DNA from: an uncultured Clostridia bacterium
Lineage (GTDB): Bacteria; Bacillota; Clostridia; Christensenellales; UBA1242
Reading direction: 5' to 3'
NCBI GenBank assembly: GCA_944380415.1
Contig: CALWHN010000002.1
Coordinates: forward strand, 1 to 58,733
DNA: 58,733 nucleotides
Position numbers and translations under genes: made by a program
The notes under the pieces: model-generated
What the model was told of the DNA's origin: nothing
Databases searched by the model: none
What the model saw: only the letters and a program-made list of their open reading frames with translations
In this document: in pieces, positions 27,283 through 37,325 of the stretch
Position numbering within the stretch: position 1 is the first letter of the stretch
How the letters are laid out: the number at the start of each line of letters is the position of its first letter

Positions 27283-28854
27283 CTAATTTTCAACATACTC
27301 TTCAAAAGTGCATTTCTTGTCTATAATTGTGTTCTCGTCGACAATGTCGATTATTCTATTTGCAACTGTTTCAACAATCTCCTGGTCGTGAGAGGCAAAA
27401 ATCATTACGCCTTTGAAGTTTATCATTCCTTTGTTGAGCGAGGTTATGCTTTCAAGGTCCAAGTGGTTTGTTGGTTCGTCTAAAAGAAGAACATTTCCGC
27501 CTTCAAGCATCATCTTTGCCATCATGCATCTAACTTTTTCTCCTCCTGAAAGAACGTTTGCCTCTTTTAAAGCCTCTTCGCCAGAGAAGAGCATTCTTCC
27601 AAGCCAGCTTCGAATGTAAGTTTCCGTTTGGTCTTTTGAAAACTGCCTAAGCCAGTCGACAAGAGAAAGCTTGCATCCTTCAAAAAAGCTTCTGTTATCT
27701 TGGGGAAGATAGGTTGGTTTTATTGTCTTTCCCCAATTTACGCTTCCAGAATCTGGCTGTTCAATTCCCATTAATATGTTGAAGAGCGTTGTAACAGCAA
27801 GGCCATTTGAACAAAGAATTGCAACTTTGTCGTCCCGGCCAAGCGTGAAGGAAAGGTTGTTGAACATTCCCTTTTTCGTCAAGTTTTTAACATTTAAAAT
27901 TTCCTTTCCAATTTCTTGGGTATATTCAAAATTGATGTAAGGATATTTTCTTGAAGATGGTTTAAAGTCGTCAATAGTAAGTTTTTCAAGCTCCTTCTTT
28001 CTTGAAGTTGCCTGTTTGGACTTTGAGGCATTTGCTGCAAATCGTGCAATGAATTCCTTAAGTTCCTTTGCCCGTTGTTCCGCTTTTTTGTTCTGTTCCT
28101 TTGCCTGTCTTGCCATAAGCTGGCTTGTTTCATACCAGAAATCGTAGTTTCCAAGATACATGTTGATTTCGCCAAAGTCAACGTCGCAAGTGTGGGTGCA
28201 AACTTTGTTTAAAAAGTGGCGGTTGTGGGAGACGATTATGACGATGTTTTCAAAATTTAAAAGATAGTTTTCAAGCCACCTTGTTGTTTTAAAATCCAAA
28301 TTGTTCGTAGGCTCGTCCAAAATTAAAATGTCTGGGTTTAGAAAGAGCGATTGGGCAAGCAAAACTTTGACCTTTTGTTTTGGGTCAATTTCTTTCATCA
28401 AAACGTCAAAAAGGTCCTCTGAAATTCCAATTCCAGACAGGAGGGTTTTTGCTTCGCTTTCCGCTTCCCAGCCGCCAAGTTCTGCAAACTCTGTTTCAAG
28501 CTCTGCCGCCTTCATTCCGTCTTCTTCGTTAAAATCTGGCTTTGCATAAAGTTCGTCCTTTAATCGTTGAACTTCCATAAGGCGCCTGTGGCCCAAAAGA
28601 ACTGTTTCAAGAACCGTTTTGTCGTCATATTTATTCTGATTTTGTTCCAAAACGGACATTCTTTCGCTTGGGTCAATTAAAACTTCGCCCTTGTTTGGTT
28701 CAATTTCTCCCGTTAAAATCTTTAAAAAGGTTGACTTGCCTGCGCCGTTTGCGCCAATTATTCCATAGCAGTTTCCCTTTGAAAACTTTAAATTAACGTC
28801 CTTAAACAAGACCCTTCCGCCAAATTGAAGCGTTACGTTAACAACTTGAATCAT
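27283..28854 (-). CDS. ABC-F family ATPase (two ABC domains, no TM)
   Basis: Two Walker A and signature sets (GANGAGKST, LSGGEK, DEPTNHLD), 523 aa. Confidence 0.85.
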   Translation of the reverse strand: MIQVVNVTLQFGGRVLFKDVNLKFSKGNCYGIIGANGAGKSTFLKILTGEIEPNKGEVLIDPSERMSVLEQNQNKYDDKTVLETVLLGHRRLMEVQRLKDELYAKPDFNEEDGMKAAELETEFAELGGWEAESEAKTLLSGIGISEDLFDVLMKEIDPKQKVKVLLAQSLFLNPDILILDEPTNNLDFKTTRWLENYLLNFENIVIIVSHNRHFLNKVCTHTCDVDFGEINMYLGNYDFWYETSQLMARQAKEQNKKAEQRAKELKEFIARFAANASKSKQATSRKKELEKLTIDDFKPSSRKYPYINFEYTQEIGKEILNVKNLTKKGMFNNLSFTLGRDDKVAILCSNGLAVTTLFNILMGIEQPDSGSVNWGKTIKPTYLPQDNRSFFEGCKLSLVDWLRQFSKDQTETYIRSWLGRMLFSGEEALKEANVLSGGEKVRCMMAKMMLEGGNVLLLDEPTNHLDLESITSLNKGMINFKGVMIFASHDQEIVETVANRIIDIVDENTIIDKKCTFEEYVEN

Positions 28855-28992
28855 ATTTTCTCCGTGTAAAAATTTAAGTTTTTATAAGTATAACATATCC
28901 TTTTTTTATAATCAACTTTAAATTGGGCAAAAATTATTTTTTATTTTTCTGCTATTGTGTTAAAATTAGACTATTAGGAGGGGCATTTTAAC

Positions 28993-29316
28993 GTGGAGAA
29001 AGATTTTGAAATTCAAAGCGAGCAAACTTTTGAAGGGGAAATTGACCCAAAAAAATATTTTGACGAAATTGAAAAATTGGCAAACGACATGATGACGGAA
29101 ATTGACTATTCAACCCGTCTTAGAAGCGACATAAGAGAGGAAGCATATATAATTTTGGATGCAATTGTAAACGCGTGCGAAATTCAAAACTTGAAAATTC
29201 TAAATGGGCTTGTCGTTGGCTTTGACTATGTTGCTTCCAACATAAAAGCAATTAAATTTTTATATAAGGAAATGAAGAACGTTCTTGTGGATTTCTATGA
29301 GGAGCTTCAATCCTAA
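28993..29316 (+). CDS. hypothetical acidic protein
   Basis: GTG start after AGGAGGGG. 107 aa with no recognisable motif. Confidence 0.4.
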   Translation: MEKDFEIQSEQTFEGEIDPKKYFDEIEKLANDMMTEIDYSTRLRSDIREEAYIILDAIVNACEIQNLKILNGLVVGFDYVASNIKAIKFLYKEMKNVLVDFYEELQS

Positions 29317-29350
29317 GGGCGCCGCAGCGTCCTTTTTATTTGAGGAAGAT

Positions 29351-30136
29351 ATGGACACAAAATTTAGTTTAGATGAAATTGAAAAAACATTTGTTAAATT
29401 TGGAAAAGAAAAGCTTGTTGAAGGCGTGGTAATTGCAATTCGTCCAGATGGGCTTGTTTTCAACCTTGGCGGGAAAGCAGACGCCTTTATTCCAGTTGGA
29501 GAAGTTGAAAATTTTAACGACAGAAAAATTGGAGACAGGTTTAGCGTTGTTACAACTGGGGGAAAGAGCGAAGAGGGAATGGTTTTATGTTCTCAAACAC
29601 GCGCGGCAAAAATTGAACTTGAAAGCCAAAATGCAAGGGCAATCAAGCTTGGGGGAACGTTTCAGGTTGTGATTTCAAAGCTCTTTGAAAGCGGCGCTCT
29701 TGGCGGAAAGATGGGAGATTTTGAAATTTTCATTCCAGAAGACGAAGTTTCTTCAAGAAATAAAAACCCAAGAAGCTTTTTAAACAAAAAAGTTGAAGCA
29801 ATTGCAACTTCAATCAATTTGGAAGAAAAGAGGATTGTTGGTTCAATTAAGATTTTAGACGATAAAATTCGCGCTGCAAACGAAGAGGTTTTTTGGAGAA
29901 CAAACTTCATCAACAAAGTTGTTGACGGAACGGTTAAGCGTTTTGTTCCATATGGCGCGTTTGTTGACGTTGGAGGAGTTAGCTGTCTTCTCCACATTTC
30001 CAACATATCTTACAATAAAATCAACTCTCCAGCAGATGTTTTGGAAATTGGGAAAACATATAAATTTAGAATTTTGCAGATGGACAGAGATTCCAAAAAG
30101 GTTTCGCTTGGATATAAACAACTCCACAAAAAATGA
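29351..30136 (+). CDS. S1 RNA-binding domain protein
   Basis: ATG at 29351 (MDTKF). C-terminal S1 motif GTVKRFVPYGAFVDVGGVSCLLHISN. Confidence 0.7.
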   Translation: MDTKFSLDEIEKTFVKFGKEKLVEGVVIAIRPDGLVFNLGGKADAFIPVGEVENFNDRKIGDRFSVVTTGGKSEEGMVLCSQTRAAKIELESQNARAIKLGGTFQVVISKLFESGALGGKMGDFEIFIPEDEVSSRNKNPRSFLNKKVEAIATSINLEEKRIVGSIKILDDKIRAANEEVFWRTNFINKVVDGTVKRFVPYGAFVDVGGVSCLLHISNISYNKINSPADVLEIGKTYKFRILQMDRDSKKVSLGYKQLHKK

Positions 30137-30189
30137 TTGAAGGAGAAAGCATGTAAAATAAAAAAATCCTGAAAAGTTCAGGAAGGGAT

Positions 30190-30265
30190 TGGAGCTAACG
30201 GCGAGACTCGAACTCGCGACCTATTGATTACGAATCAATTGCTCTACCGCCTGAGCTACGTTAGC
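30190..30265 (-). tRNA. tRNA-Thr (anticodon CGT), CCA encoded
   Basis: Reverse complement GCTAACGTAGCTCAGGCGGTAGAGCAATTGATTCGTAATCAATAGGTCGCGAGTTCGAGTCTCGCCGTTAGCTCCA. Cloverleaf with a 7-bp acceptor stem and anticodon loop TTCGTAA. TTGACA-17-ATATTA promoter upstream and a hairpin plus T-run downstream. Confidence 0.9.
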
Positions 30266-30323
30266 AAGCTTAGAATAATATATCACAAAAAAAATTTTTG
30301 TCAAACAAAACAGGAGAGATATT

Positions 30324-30989
30324 ATGCCAATTAATATTGCAATTGACGGAACGGCTGGAAGCGGGAAGGGAACGCTTGCCAAGCAGCTTGCAAAAAAACT
30401 TGGGTTTGGCTGTTTGGACACGGGCGCAATTTATCGAAGCGTTGCATATTACATGGTTGAAAATGGCGTTGACCTTTCTAAAGGCGAAAACATTGCAAAG
30501 GCAGTTAAAAAAATTAACTTCAAAGTCGTCTTTGAAGCTGACGAAAACGGAAACAAAGTTCAAAAGAACATTTTAGATGGAACAGATTTGGGCGAAAAAA
30601 TTAGGACGGAGGAGATTAGCCTTGCCTCTTCAATTGTTTCCCAAGTTAAGGAAGTTAGAGAATTTGCAACAAAAATTCAACACGAAATTGCAGGCAGCTT
30701 TGATGTTGTTGTTGAAGGACGAGATATTGGAACGGTTGTCCTTCCAAATGCAAACTACAAATTTTTCCTAACAGCTTCGCCAGAGGTTAGGGCAAGGCGA
30801 AGGCTTAAACAGTTGAATCTTCCAGAAGAAAATTATGAAAGCATCCTTGAAGAAATTGTTGAAAGAGATAGGAGAGACATGACAAGAGCCCTCTCTCCGC
30901 TTAAAGCTGCAGAAGACGCTGTTTATATCGACAACTCAAATCAATTGCCAGAGGAAACCTTAAGGGAAATGTTGTCTTACATTAAATAG
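30324..30989 (+). CDS. cmk: cytidylate kinase
   Basis: IAIDGTAGSGKGTLAK P-loop, 221 aa. Confidence 0.9.
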   Translation: MPINIAIDGTAGSGKGTLAKQLAKKLGFGCLDTGAIYRSVAYYMVENGVDLSKGENIAKAVKKINFKVVFEADENGNKVQKNILDGTDLGEKIRTEEISLASSIVSQVKEVREFATKIQHEIAGSFDVVVEGRDIGTVVLPNANYKFFLTASPEVRARRRLKQLNLPEENYESILEEIVERDRRDMTRALSPLKAAEDAVYIDNSNQLPEETLREMLSYIK

Positions 30990-31708
30990 CCGCCATCAAC
31001 AACAATTGTTTGGCCAGTTATATATTTTTGTGTTGCCAAAAAAAGAATTGTTTCGGCAACTTCCCTCGGGGTTCCAAAGCGGCCAAGAGATGTTTCAGAT
31101 GAGAACATCTCTTTTTCTTCTTGCGAAAGGTTTTTGTTCATTTCTGTTTCAATTGCTCCTGGGGCAACGCAGTTGACCAATATGTTGGAGGGTCCAAGCT
31201 CTTTAGAGAGAGCAGAGCAAAGGCCAATTACGCCCGCTTTAGAGGCAGAATAAAGGCTTTCTAACGCCGCGCCGCTGACACCCCAAATTGAAGAGACGGC
31301 AACAATGTTCCCTTCCTTGTTTGAAAGCATCGACGGAACGGTTGCCTTTGTTATGTTGTAAACCCCTTTTAAATTTGTTCCAATAACCCTGTCAAAATCG
31401 TCATCGCTTGTGTCTATAAAAAGTTTTGGTTGAGAAATTCCGGCGTTTGCAACAAGAACATCAATCTTTCCAAAAATTGAAAGAGCAAAGTTAATCATTT
31501 TTTCGCAATCCTCAAAATTTGTAACATCGCATTTGTAGGCTTCGCAAATGAGGCTTGGGAATTTTTCTTTAATTTCTTGCCTTAGGGCAAAGGCCTCTCT
31601 TTCTGAGGTTTTGTAATTTATTAAAACATTGAACCCATTTTCTGCAAAAACTCTTGCACACTCTGCGCCAATTCCCTTGGATGCGCCCGTTATAATTACA
31701 CTTTTCAT
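30977..31708 (-). CDS. short-chain dehydrogenase/reductase (FabG-like)
   Basis: TGASKGIG, NAG and YSASKAG motifs. It overlaps the cmk 3' end convergently by 13 nt. Confidence 0.8.
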   Translation of the reverse strand: MKSVIITGASKGIGAECARVFAENGFNVLINYKTSEREAFALRQEIKEKFPSLICEAYKCDVTNFEDCEKMINFALSIFGKIDVLVANAGISQPKLFIDTSDDDFDRVIGTNLKGVYNITKATVPSMLSNKEGNIVAVSSIWGVSGAALESLYSASKAGVIGLCSALSKELGPSNILVNCVAPGAIETEMNKNLSQEEKEMFSSETSLGRFGTPREVAETILFLATQKYITGQTIVVDGGYLM

Positions 31709-31744
31709 AAGGCCAATATATCACAAATTGCGCTAATTTCAAAT

Positions 31745-33331
31745 TTATTTAACCAAAATTACATCTCCGTTTATCCATGCATTAAAGTAAGATTGAAGGC
31801 TGACATTTGAAGTTTTTTCAAAGGAGGCAATCAAGTGGCTTGGCGTTACGTTTTGAAACTTATATTCCTCAAAGTAGTTCTGCAAACATTTGATAAAGGT
31901 CTTTTCGCCCAAAATTTCTCTTAGAGAGTCGAACAAAAGAAGTCCTTTAACATAGGCAATGTAAACATATTCCTGCTCGCTGCTATATTCATCAAGCGGC
32001 CTGTTCATTGAAGTGTCAACTTCTCCATAAACATTTTGATAGAGCGTTACAAAGAGCGAAAAAGATGAGTATGCGTTGGAAATGAGCTTGTCGAAAGAAA
32101 TGTCATATTCCTCATGTTGCTCAAAGAAGAGAGCAGTTGAATATTCCGTTAACCCTTCGTCCAGCCAGCCATAGTCAAACGCGCTGCTTCCAACGAGGTT
32201 ATACCACCACTGGTGTGCAATTTCATGAACAATGACTTGGTTGTATGAAACTCTGTCGGTAACATCGTTTGAAATGTAGACAAGATTTGGAAACTCCATT
32301 CCGCCGTGAACAAAGTTCGCCTCAACAACGTTTAGCGTTGGATATGGATAATCTCCAATTGTGTCGTTGAAGAAGGAAAGGGCCTTTGCAGAAATTTCAA
32401 GCGACTGGTTGGGGTCTGTGTCGGAAAAATAAAAATAATTGACTTCCGTTTTACCAACGGTTTTCGAAATTAAAGTAAATTCACTAGAGAGAACAATTGC
32501 AAAATCCCTAACGGAGTTTGCGCTATATTGGTATGTTGAACTGTTTTCGCCTTGTGTTTGGCCGGTTTGCTTTCCCGTTGAGGCAACAACAAAATTGCTT
32601 GGGCAAGTTAAGGTTACATTGTAGTTTGCCATGTCTGAAAAGAAGGGGTCTCCGTTGTAATGATATAACTCTTTAACAAAGTCTCCCTCTTGATAGACGC
32701 AGGCAATTGGATAGAAATTTGCAAGGTTGACCGTGTTTTCGCCGTAGCCAAAACGGTGATTTATGTTTGGAAGAACAACTTCGAAATTGATTTCAATTTC
32801 TCTTCTTTCGTCTGGATAGAGCGGTGTTTTAAAGATTATATATAGAATGTTATCATCCTCGCCGCCAATAAAATATCCATCATTTTGCATAGCACTTGTT
32901 TTTGTAAATTCAGCAATTTCACTATATGTTGGTTGTGCTACGCCAATGCTATTACAACATGTTGCGGTGTTCTGCAAAACAGAGACGCCATTTATAGTAA
33001 TGTAGCCATAACTTTTTCCGTTTGGATAGGCTTTGTGTTGATTTGCCAGGCTAACGGGAGGGGAAATTGATTCTTCTCTAAAAGCATTTGGATATAGATT
33101 TAAACACACGAAGTTTAAAGTTGTGTCCGTGTTGTTTTTATAGGAGAGAACTTCGCTGCATAAAAGCGTTTTATTCTCATCGTTATATTCAATTTCAATT
33201 TCATAGTTGTTGTAATTTTCGTTGTAAAGCCCAGAATTTGAGCAGCCAACGAAGATTACAACAACAAGCGCAATGATGCTTATGGCGCAGAGCGCCATTA
33301 GAGATTTTGCTAAAATTTTTTTAAATTTCAT
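31745..33331 (-). CDS. M1-family zinc aminopeptidase, lipoprotein-anchored
   Basis: Start at 33331 (MKFKK) after AGGTGA. Lipobox FVGC. HEIAHQWWY...WLDEGLTEY gluzincin signature. Confidence 0.8.
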   Translation of the reverse strand: MKFKKILAKSLMALCAISIIALVVVIFVGCSNSGLYNENYNNYEIEIEYNDENKTLLCSEVLSYKNNTDTTLNFVCLNLYPNAFREESISPPVSLANQHKAYPNGKSYGYITINGVSVLQNTATCCNSIGVAQPTYSEIAEFTKTSAMQNDGYFIGGEDDNILYIIFKTPLYPDERREIEINFEVVLPNINHRFGYGENTVNLANFYPIACVYQEGDFVKELYHYNGDPFFSDMANYNVTLTCPSNFVVASTGKQTGQTQGENSSTYQYSANSVRDFAIVLSSEFTLISKTVGKTEVNYFYFSDTDPNQSLEISAKALSFFNDTIGDYPYPTLNVVEANFVHGGMEFPNLVYISNDVTDRVSYNQVIVHEIAHQWWYNLVGSSAFDYGWLDEGLTEYSTALFFEQHEEYDISFDKLISNAYSSFSLFVTLYQNVYGEVDTSMNRPLDEYSSEQEYVYIAYVKGLLLFDSLREILGEKTFIKCLQNYFEEYKFQNVTPSHLIASFEKTSNVSLQSYFNAWINGDVILVK

Positions 33332-33428
33332 ATCGTCACCTAAAACCATGTATATGCTCGGTTCTATTTTCTTATTTCAACAGTTTATTTTTATTTGAAA
33401 ATTTTTTAGTTTTAGATATAATAATTTT

Positions 33429-34052
33429 GTGAGAATAGATATTTTAACCCTGTTTCCAAAGATGTTTGCGCCGCTTTTTGAAAGTATAGTTGGGCGCGCT
33501 GTTTCAAGCGGAAAAATTGAAATTAACATTATTGACATAAGGGAGTTTTCAAAGGACAAACACAAAAAGTGTGACGATGCGCCGTTTGGTGGCGGAGCGG
33601 GAATGGTTATGATGGCCCAGCCAATTTATGATGCAATAAAAAGCGTTTTAAAAGAAGATTCAAAGCTAATCTATCTTTCTCCAAAAGGAAGCATATTTAG
33701 CCAAAGCCAAGCGGTTGAGCTTTCAAAGGAGGATCATTTAATTTTGCTTTGTGGCCACTATGAGGGAATTGACGAAAGGATTATTGAAATTTTCAACCCA
33801 ATTCAAATTTCAATTGGAGATTATGTTTTAACCGGCGGAGAGCTTCCGGCAATGGTTGTTGTTGACGCTGTTTCAAGGTATGTAAGCGGCGTGATTTCAA
33901 AGGATTCTCTTGAAGAAGAAAGCCACACAAGCGGGCTTTTGGAATATCCTCAATACACAAGGCCAAACGTGTTTATGGGGCTTGAAGTTCCGCCTGTTTT
34001 GCTAAGCGGAAATCACGAGGAGATCCGGAAGTTTAGAAGGCAAGCAGCCTAA
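33429..34052 (+). CDS. trmD: tRNA (guanine37-N1)-methyltransferase
   Basis: GTG start. RIDILTLFPKMF, GGGAGMVM and CGHYEGIDERI. Confidence 0.9.
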   Translation: MRIDILTLFPKMFAPLFESIVGRAVSSGKIEINIIDIREFSKDKHKKCDDAPFGGGAGMVMMAQPIYDAIKSVLKEDSKLIYLSPKGSIFSQSQAVELSKEDHLILLCGHYEGIDERIIEIFNPIQISIGDYVLTGGELPAMVVVDAVSRYVSGVISKDSLEEESHTSGLLEYPQYTRPNVFMGLEVPPVLLSGNHEEIRKFRRQAA

Positions 34053-34090
34053 AAAAAAAATAAAAAGCGAAGGGAGGACATGTTTGAAAA

Positions 34091-34921
34091 ATGGAAAAAA
34101 TAAACTGGTTTCCCGGCCACATGAAAAAAGCGCTTGACATGATGAGAAGCGAGGTTTCTAAGGTTGATGTTTTAATTTATGTTTTGGACGGGCGGGCTCC
34201 TCTTGCTTGCCTTAATCCAGAGTTTGTCAAGATTATAAACGAAAAGCCAATTTTGTTTGTTTTAAATAAAATTGATATGTCCGATGAAGAAAAGCTTTCG
34301 GAGGTTGAAAAATCTCTTTTGGGCGAAAACAGGAAGGTTATAAGGCTTAACAGCACGGCTTCCGGCGCTCAGAAAAAGGTTTTGGAGAAGTTAAAACAGC
34401 TTTGCCTTCCGCTTCTTGAAAGGTTTAAGAAAAAGGGAGTTTCGGGCTTTATTCGAGCAATGGTTATTGGCGTTCCAAACTGCGGGAAAAGCACGCTTGT
34501 CAACAACCTTTGCGGGGCATACAAGGCTCAAACTGGGAACAAGCCGGGGGTTACAAAAACAAAACAGTGGGTTAAACTTCCAGGGAATTTTGAGCTTTTG
34601 GATACGCCGGGAACGCTTTGGCCAAACCTGTCCGACCAAAAAGCGGGAATGTTTTTGGCCTTTATTGGAAGCATTAAGGACGAAGTTGTTGCCGTTGAAG
34701 AGCTTTCGCTTATGCTTATTGAAAGGCTTGTTTCTGACTATCCAAAATTTTTTGAAGAGAGGTTTGGAAAGGCAAGTGGAACTGGGCTTGAGATTTTGGA
34801 GTTTATAGCAGCTAGCAGAAAATTTCTTTTAAAGGGAAATGAAATTGATTACACAAGGGCGGCTCGCGCTGTTTTAGACGATTTTAGAAAGGGTCGAATT
34901 GGGAAAATAACTTTGATTTAA
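34091..34921 (+). CDS. rbgA: ribosome biogenesis GTPase A (YlqF)
   Basis: INWFPGHMKKA, NKIDM and GVPNCGKSTL, the circularly permuted GTPase order. Confidence 0.9.
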   Translation: MEKINWFPGHMKKALDMMRSEVSKVDVLIYVLDGRAPLACLNPEFVKIINEKPILFVLNKIDMSDEEKLSEVEKSLLGENRKVIRLNSTASGAQKKVLEKLKQLCLPLLERFKKKGVSGFIRAMVIGVPNCGKSTLVNNLCGAYKAQTGNKPGVTKTKQWVKLPGNFELLDTPGTLWPNLSDQKAGMFLAFIGSIKDEVVAVEELSLMLIERLVSDYPKFFEERFGKASGTGLEILEFIAASRKFLLKGNEIDYTRAARAVLDDFRKGRIGKITLI

Positions 34922-34931
34922 AGAGAGAAAA

Positions 34932-35270
34932 ATGAACACAAAAATTTTGGGAACAACAGGGGAAGAAGTTGCCACAAACTATTTAAAGAAAAGCGGATAT
35001 AAAATTTTGGCAAGAAACTATTCAAACCAAATTGGCGAAATTGATATAATTGCAAAGGAAAAGGGTACGATTGTTTTTGTTGAAGTTAAAGCGCGATCCT
35101 CGCTTGCATTCGGTTTTCCGCGCGAAGCTGTTGGAAGCGTTAAGCAAGAGCGAATTAGGAAAATTGCAACCTCATATTTAAAGGAAACAAAGAATATTGG
35201 GCTTCCATGCCGCTTTGATGTTGTTGAAATTTTGGGCGAAAAATTAACCCACATTAAGAACGCTTTTTAA
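34932..35270 (+). CDS. YraN-family (UPF0102) endonuclease-like protein
   Basis: GEIDIIA...VFVEVKAR...FDVV. 112 aa. Confidence 0.8.
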   Translation: MNTKILGTTGEEVATNYLKKSGYKILARNYSNQIGEIDIIAKEKGTIVFVEVKARSSLAFGFPREAVGSVKQERIRKIATSYLKETKNIGLPCRFDVVEILGEKLTHIKNAF

Positions 35271-36292
35271 AGCAGAAGAAATCCCAGGCCAAAACAGATT
35301 ACAAAGGTTAAAATGGCGTGGGAAGTTTTTTGAATGAAATAGAATTTTTTTGAAACATCAAAGTTTTTTAAAAACGCAAATGCTTGAAAGGAAATTGCAA
35401 GGCCACCAAACGAAATTAAAAGAGAGCAGAGCGCGGTTTTAATGGCAAGGCTTGCCGTAGAAGCTGAAATTAAAAGGCAGCCGTTTGTCATTTCAAAAAG
35501 ACCAATTATAATTCCATTTGAAAGGGCGCTTTCAATTCCAAAATTTTCTAAAAGCCCAGTTAGCGGAGAGAAAATTCCAATGCTCAAAAGAACTTCGCCA
35601 ATTATAAAGAAAATTGTTATATAGCCGCCAATTAAAAGGCAGGAAGAAATTGAACTCATCATTGTTTCCGTTAAAAAATCTTCCGTTTCAACCTTTGTTT
35701 GAAACTTTTTCCCAGTGGCCGTTTCTCTTGGCGAATAATTTCGGTATAGAAGGCCGTTTATTATCGCGGCAAAAATGTGGGAAATTAAAATTATGTAGCC
35801 CGCTTCCTTTGAAAGAAGCATTCCAACCCCAACTGTTCCAACTATAAACATTGGTCCAGAGTTTGAAGTGAAAGAAACAATTCTGTGGGCCTCTGCGCGC
35901 GAAATATAGTTTCCAGAATATAAATCTGCTGTCAACTTTGCGCCAAGCGGATAGCCGGAGAGAATGCTCATCAAAAAAACATAGGAAGAAATTCCCGGGG
36001 CATGATAAAATTTTTTTGTCATTGGAGAGAAGAGGCGAGAGGCCTCTTTAACATAACCAGTTTCAACCAAAAGCTTTGTGAAGATCATAAACGGAAAGAG
36101 GGCGGGGAGAATTTGAGTTCCCCAAATTAAAATTCCCTTTAGTGCAACGGAAATATACTTCTCGGGCGAACTTACAATTGCAATTATCAAAACAACCAAA
36201 AAAACTGCAAAAAACAATTTTGTGCTGAGTTTAATTTTTGCAAGTTTGCTGAAAAACAAGCGCGCTTTGTTTGACAAATTGGCTTTATTCAT
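35267..36292 (-). CDS. polytopic membrane protein, nucleoside-recognition/YlbJ-like (sporulation)
   Basis: 341 aa, multi-TM, with Gate-domain-like repeats. The assignment is by recalled resemblance only. Confidence 0.5.
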   Translation of the reverse strand: MNKANLSNKARLFFSKLAKIKLSTKLFFAVFLVVLIIAIVSSPEKYISVALKGILIWGTQILPALFPFMIFTKLLVETGYVKEASRLFSPMTKKFYHAPGISSYVFLMSILSGYPLGAKLTADLYSGNYISRAEAHRIVSFTSNSGPMFIVGTVGVGMLLSKEAGYIILISHIFAAIINGLLYRNYSPRETATGKKFQTKVETEDFLTETMMSSISSCLLIGGYITIFFIIGEVLLSIGIFSPLTGLLENFGIESALSNGIIIGLFEMTNGCLLISASTASLAIKTALCSLLISFGGLAISFQAFAFLKNFDVSKKFYFIQKTSHAILTFVICFGLGFLLL

Positions 36293-36340
36293 TTAAAATA
36301 ATTTACGAAACTTTTGCTTATTATATGAACAGGAGAAAAA

Positions 36341-37321
36341 ATGTTTAGTGAGAAACAGATTCTAAAGCTTGCAAAGCAGCGCCAAAAATCAATTGTCTTT
36401 CCAGAGGCAAGTTTTTCAAATGTTGTTATGGAAGCGGCAATGGACCTAAACAAGAAAAAAATTGTTAAGGTAATTTTGCTTGGCGATGAAAGTGCGCTTG
36501 TTTTAAGATATAAAGAAAAAATTAAGGGAATGACAATTATAAACCCAAAAACTTCAGATGTTTATGAAGACCTTGTCAACCTTCTCTATGAGAAAAGAAA
36601 GGAAAAGGGGTTAAAGCTTGAAGAGGCGAAAAAGCTTGCGCTGGACCCAATTTATTTTGGAACGCTCTTAGTTGAAGCGGGTTTTGCAGACGGAATGGTT
36701 GCGGGCGCAGCAACAACAAGCGCCGACGTAATTAGGCCCGCGCTTCAAATCATTAAATCAAAAGCTAGCGATGAAATAGTTTCTTCGTTTATGATTTTCT
36801 ATGGAAAGGGCGAAATTTTTAAGGAGAATGGGCCAATTTTTGGCGCAGACATAAGCTTGAATGTAAACCCTTCTTCAGAGCAGCTTGCTCAAATTGCAAA
36901 ACAAACGGCAGAGAGCTATAAAACTTTTGTAAAAGATGAGCCAAAAATTGCAATGCTTTCCTATTCAACCTTTGGTTCCGGAAAGGGAGAGCAGACGGAA
37001 AAAGTTAAAACGGCAACGGCAATTTTAAAACAGAAGACAAAGTTTTTAGTGGATGGAGAAATTCAGCTTGACGCTGCAATTTGCCCAAGAGTTTCCAAAA
37101 TTAAAGTCCAATCTTCAAATATTCTTGGAAGGGCAAACGTCTTGATCTTTCCAGATTTAAACAGCGGAAACATCTGTTACAAAGCAATTCAATATTTTGG
37201 CCGCGTAAAAACAATTGGGCCAATTTTACAAAATTTAAACAAGCCAGTTAACGACCTTTCGCGCGGGGCAACAAAGAAAGATGTTGTTCTTGTTGCGGCA
37301 ATAACTGCGCTTCAGGCATAG
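36341..37321 (+). CDS. pta: phosphate acetyltransferase
   Basis: 326 aa. IVFPE, GMVAGA and FPDLNSGNICYK motifs. Confidence 0.85.
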   Translation: MFSEKQILKLAKQRQKSIVFPEASFSNVVMEAAMDLNKKKIVKVILLGDESALVLRYKEKIKGMTIINPKTSDVYEDLVNLLYEKRKEKGLKLEEAKKLALDPIYFGTLLVEAGFADGMVAGAATTSADVIRPALQIIKSKASDEIVSSFMIFYGKGEIFKENGPIFGADISLNVNPSSEQLAQIAKQTAESYKTFVKDEPKIAMLSYSTFGSGKGEQTEKVKTATAILKQKTKFLVDGEIQLDAAICPRVSKIKVQSSNILGRANVLIFPDLNSGNICYKAIQYFGRVKTIGPILQNLNKPVNDLSRGATKKDVVLVAAITALQA

Positions 37322-37325
37322 AGAA

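Noticed and set aside
27283-28854. The ABC-F ATPase as an antibiotic-resistance (ARE) determinant.
   Set aside because: No leader peptide or attenuator lies in the short 5' region, and it has a housekeeping-like context. The sequence alone cannot separate ARE from translation-factor ABC-F proteins, so no resistance claim is made.
30190-30265. tRNA-Thr as an integration hotspot flanking an island.
   Set aside because: Both neighbours (the S1-domain gene and cmk) are housekeeping genes. There is no integrase and no duplicated tRNA 3' end.
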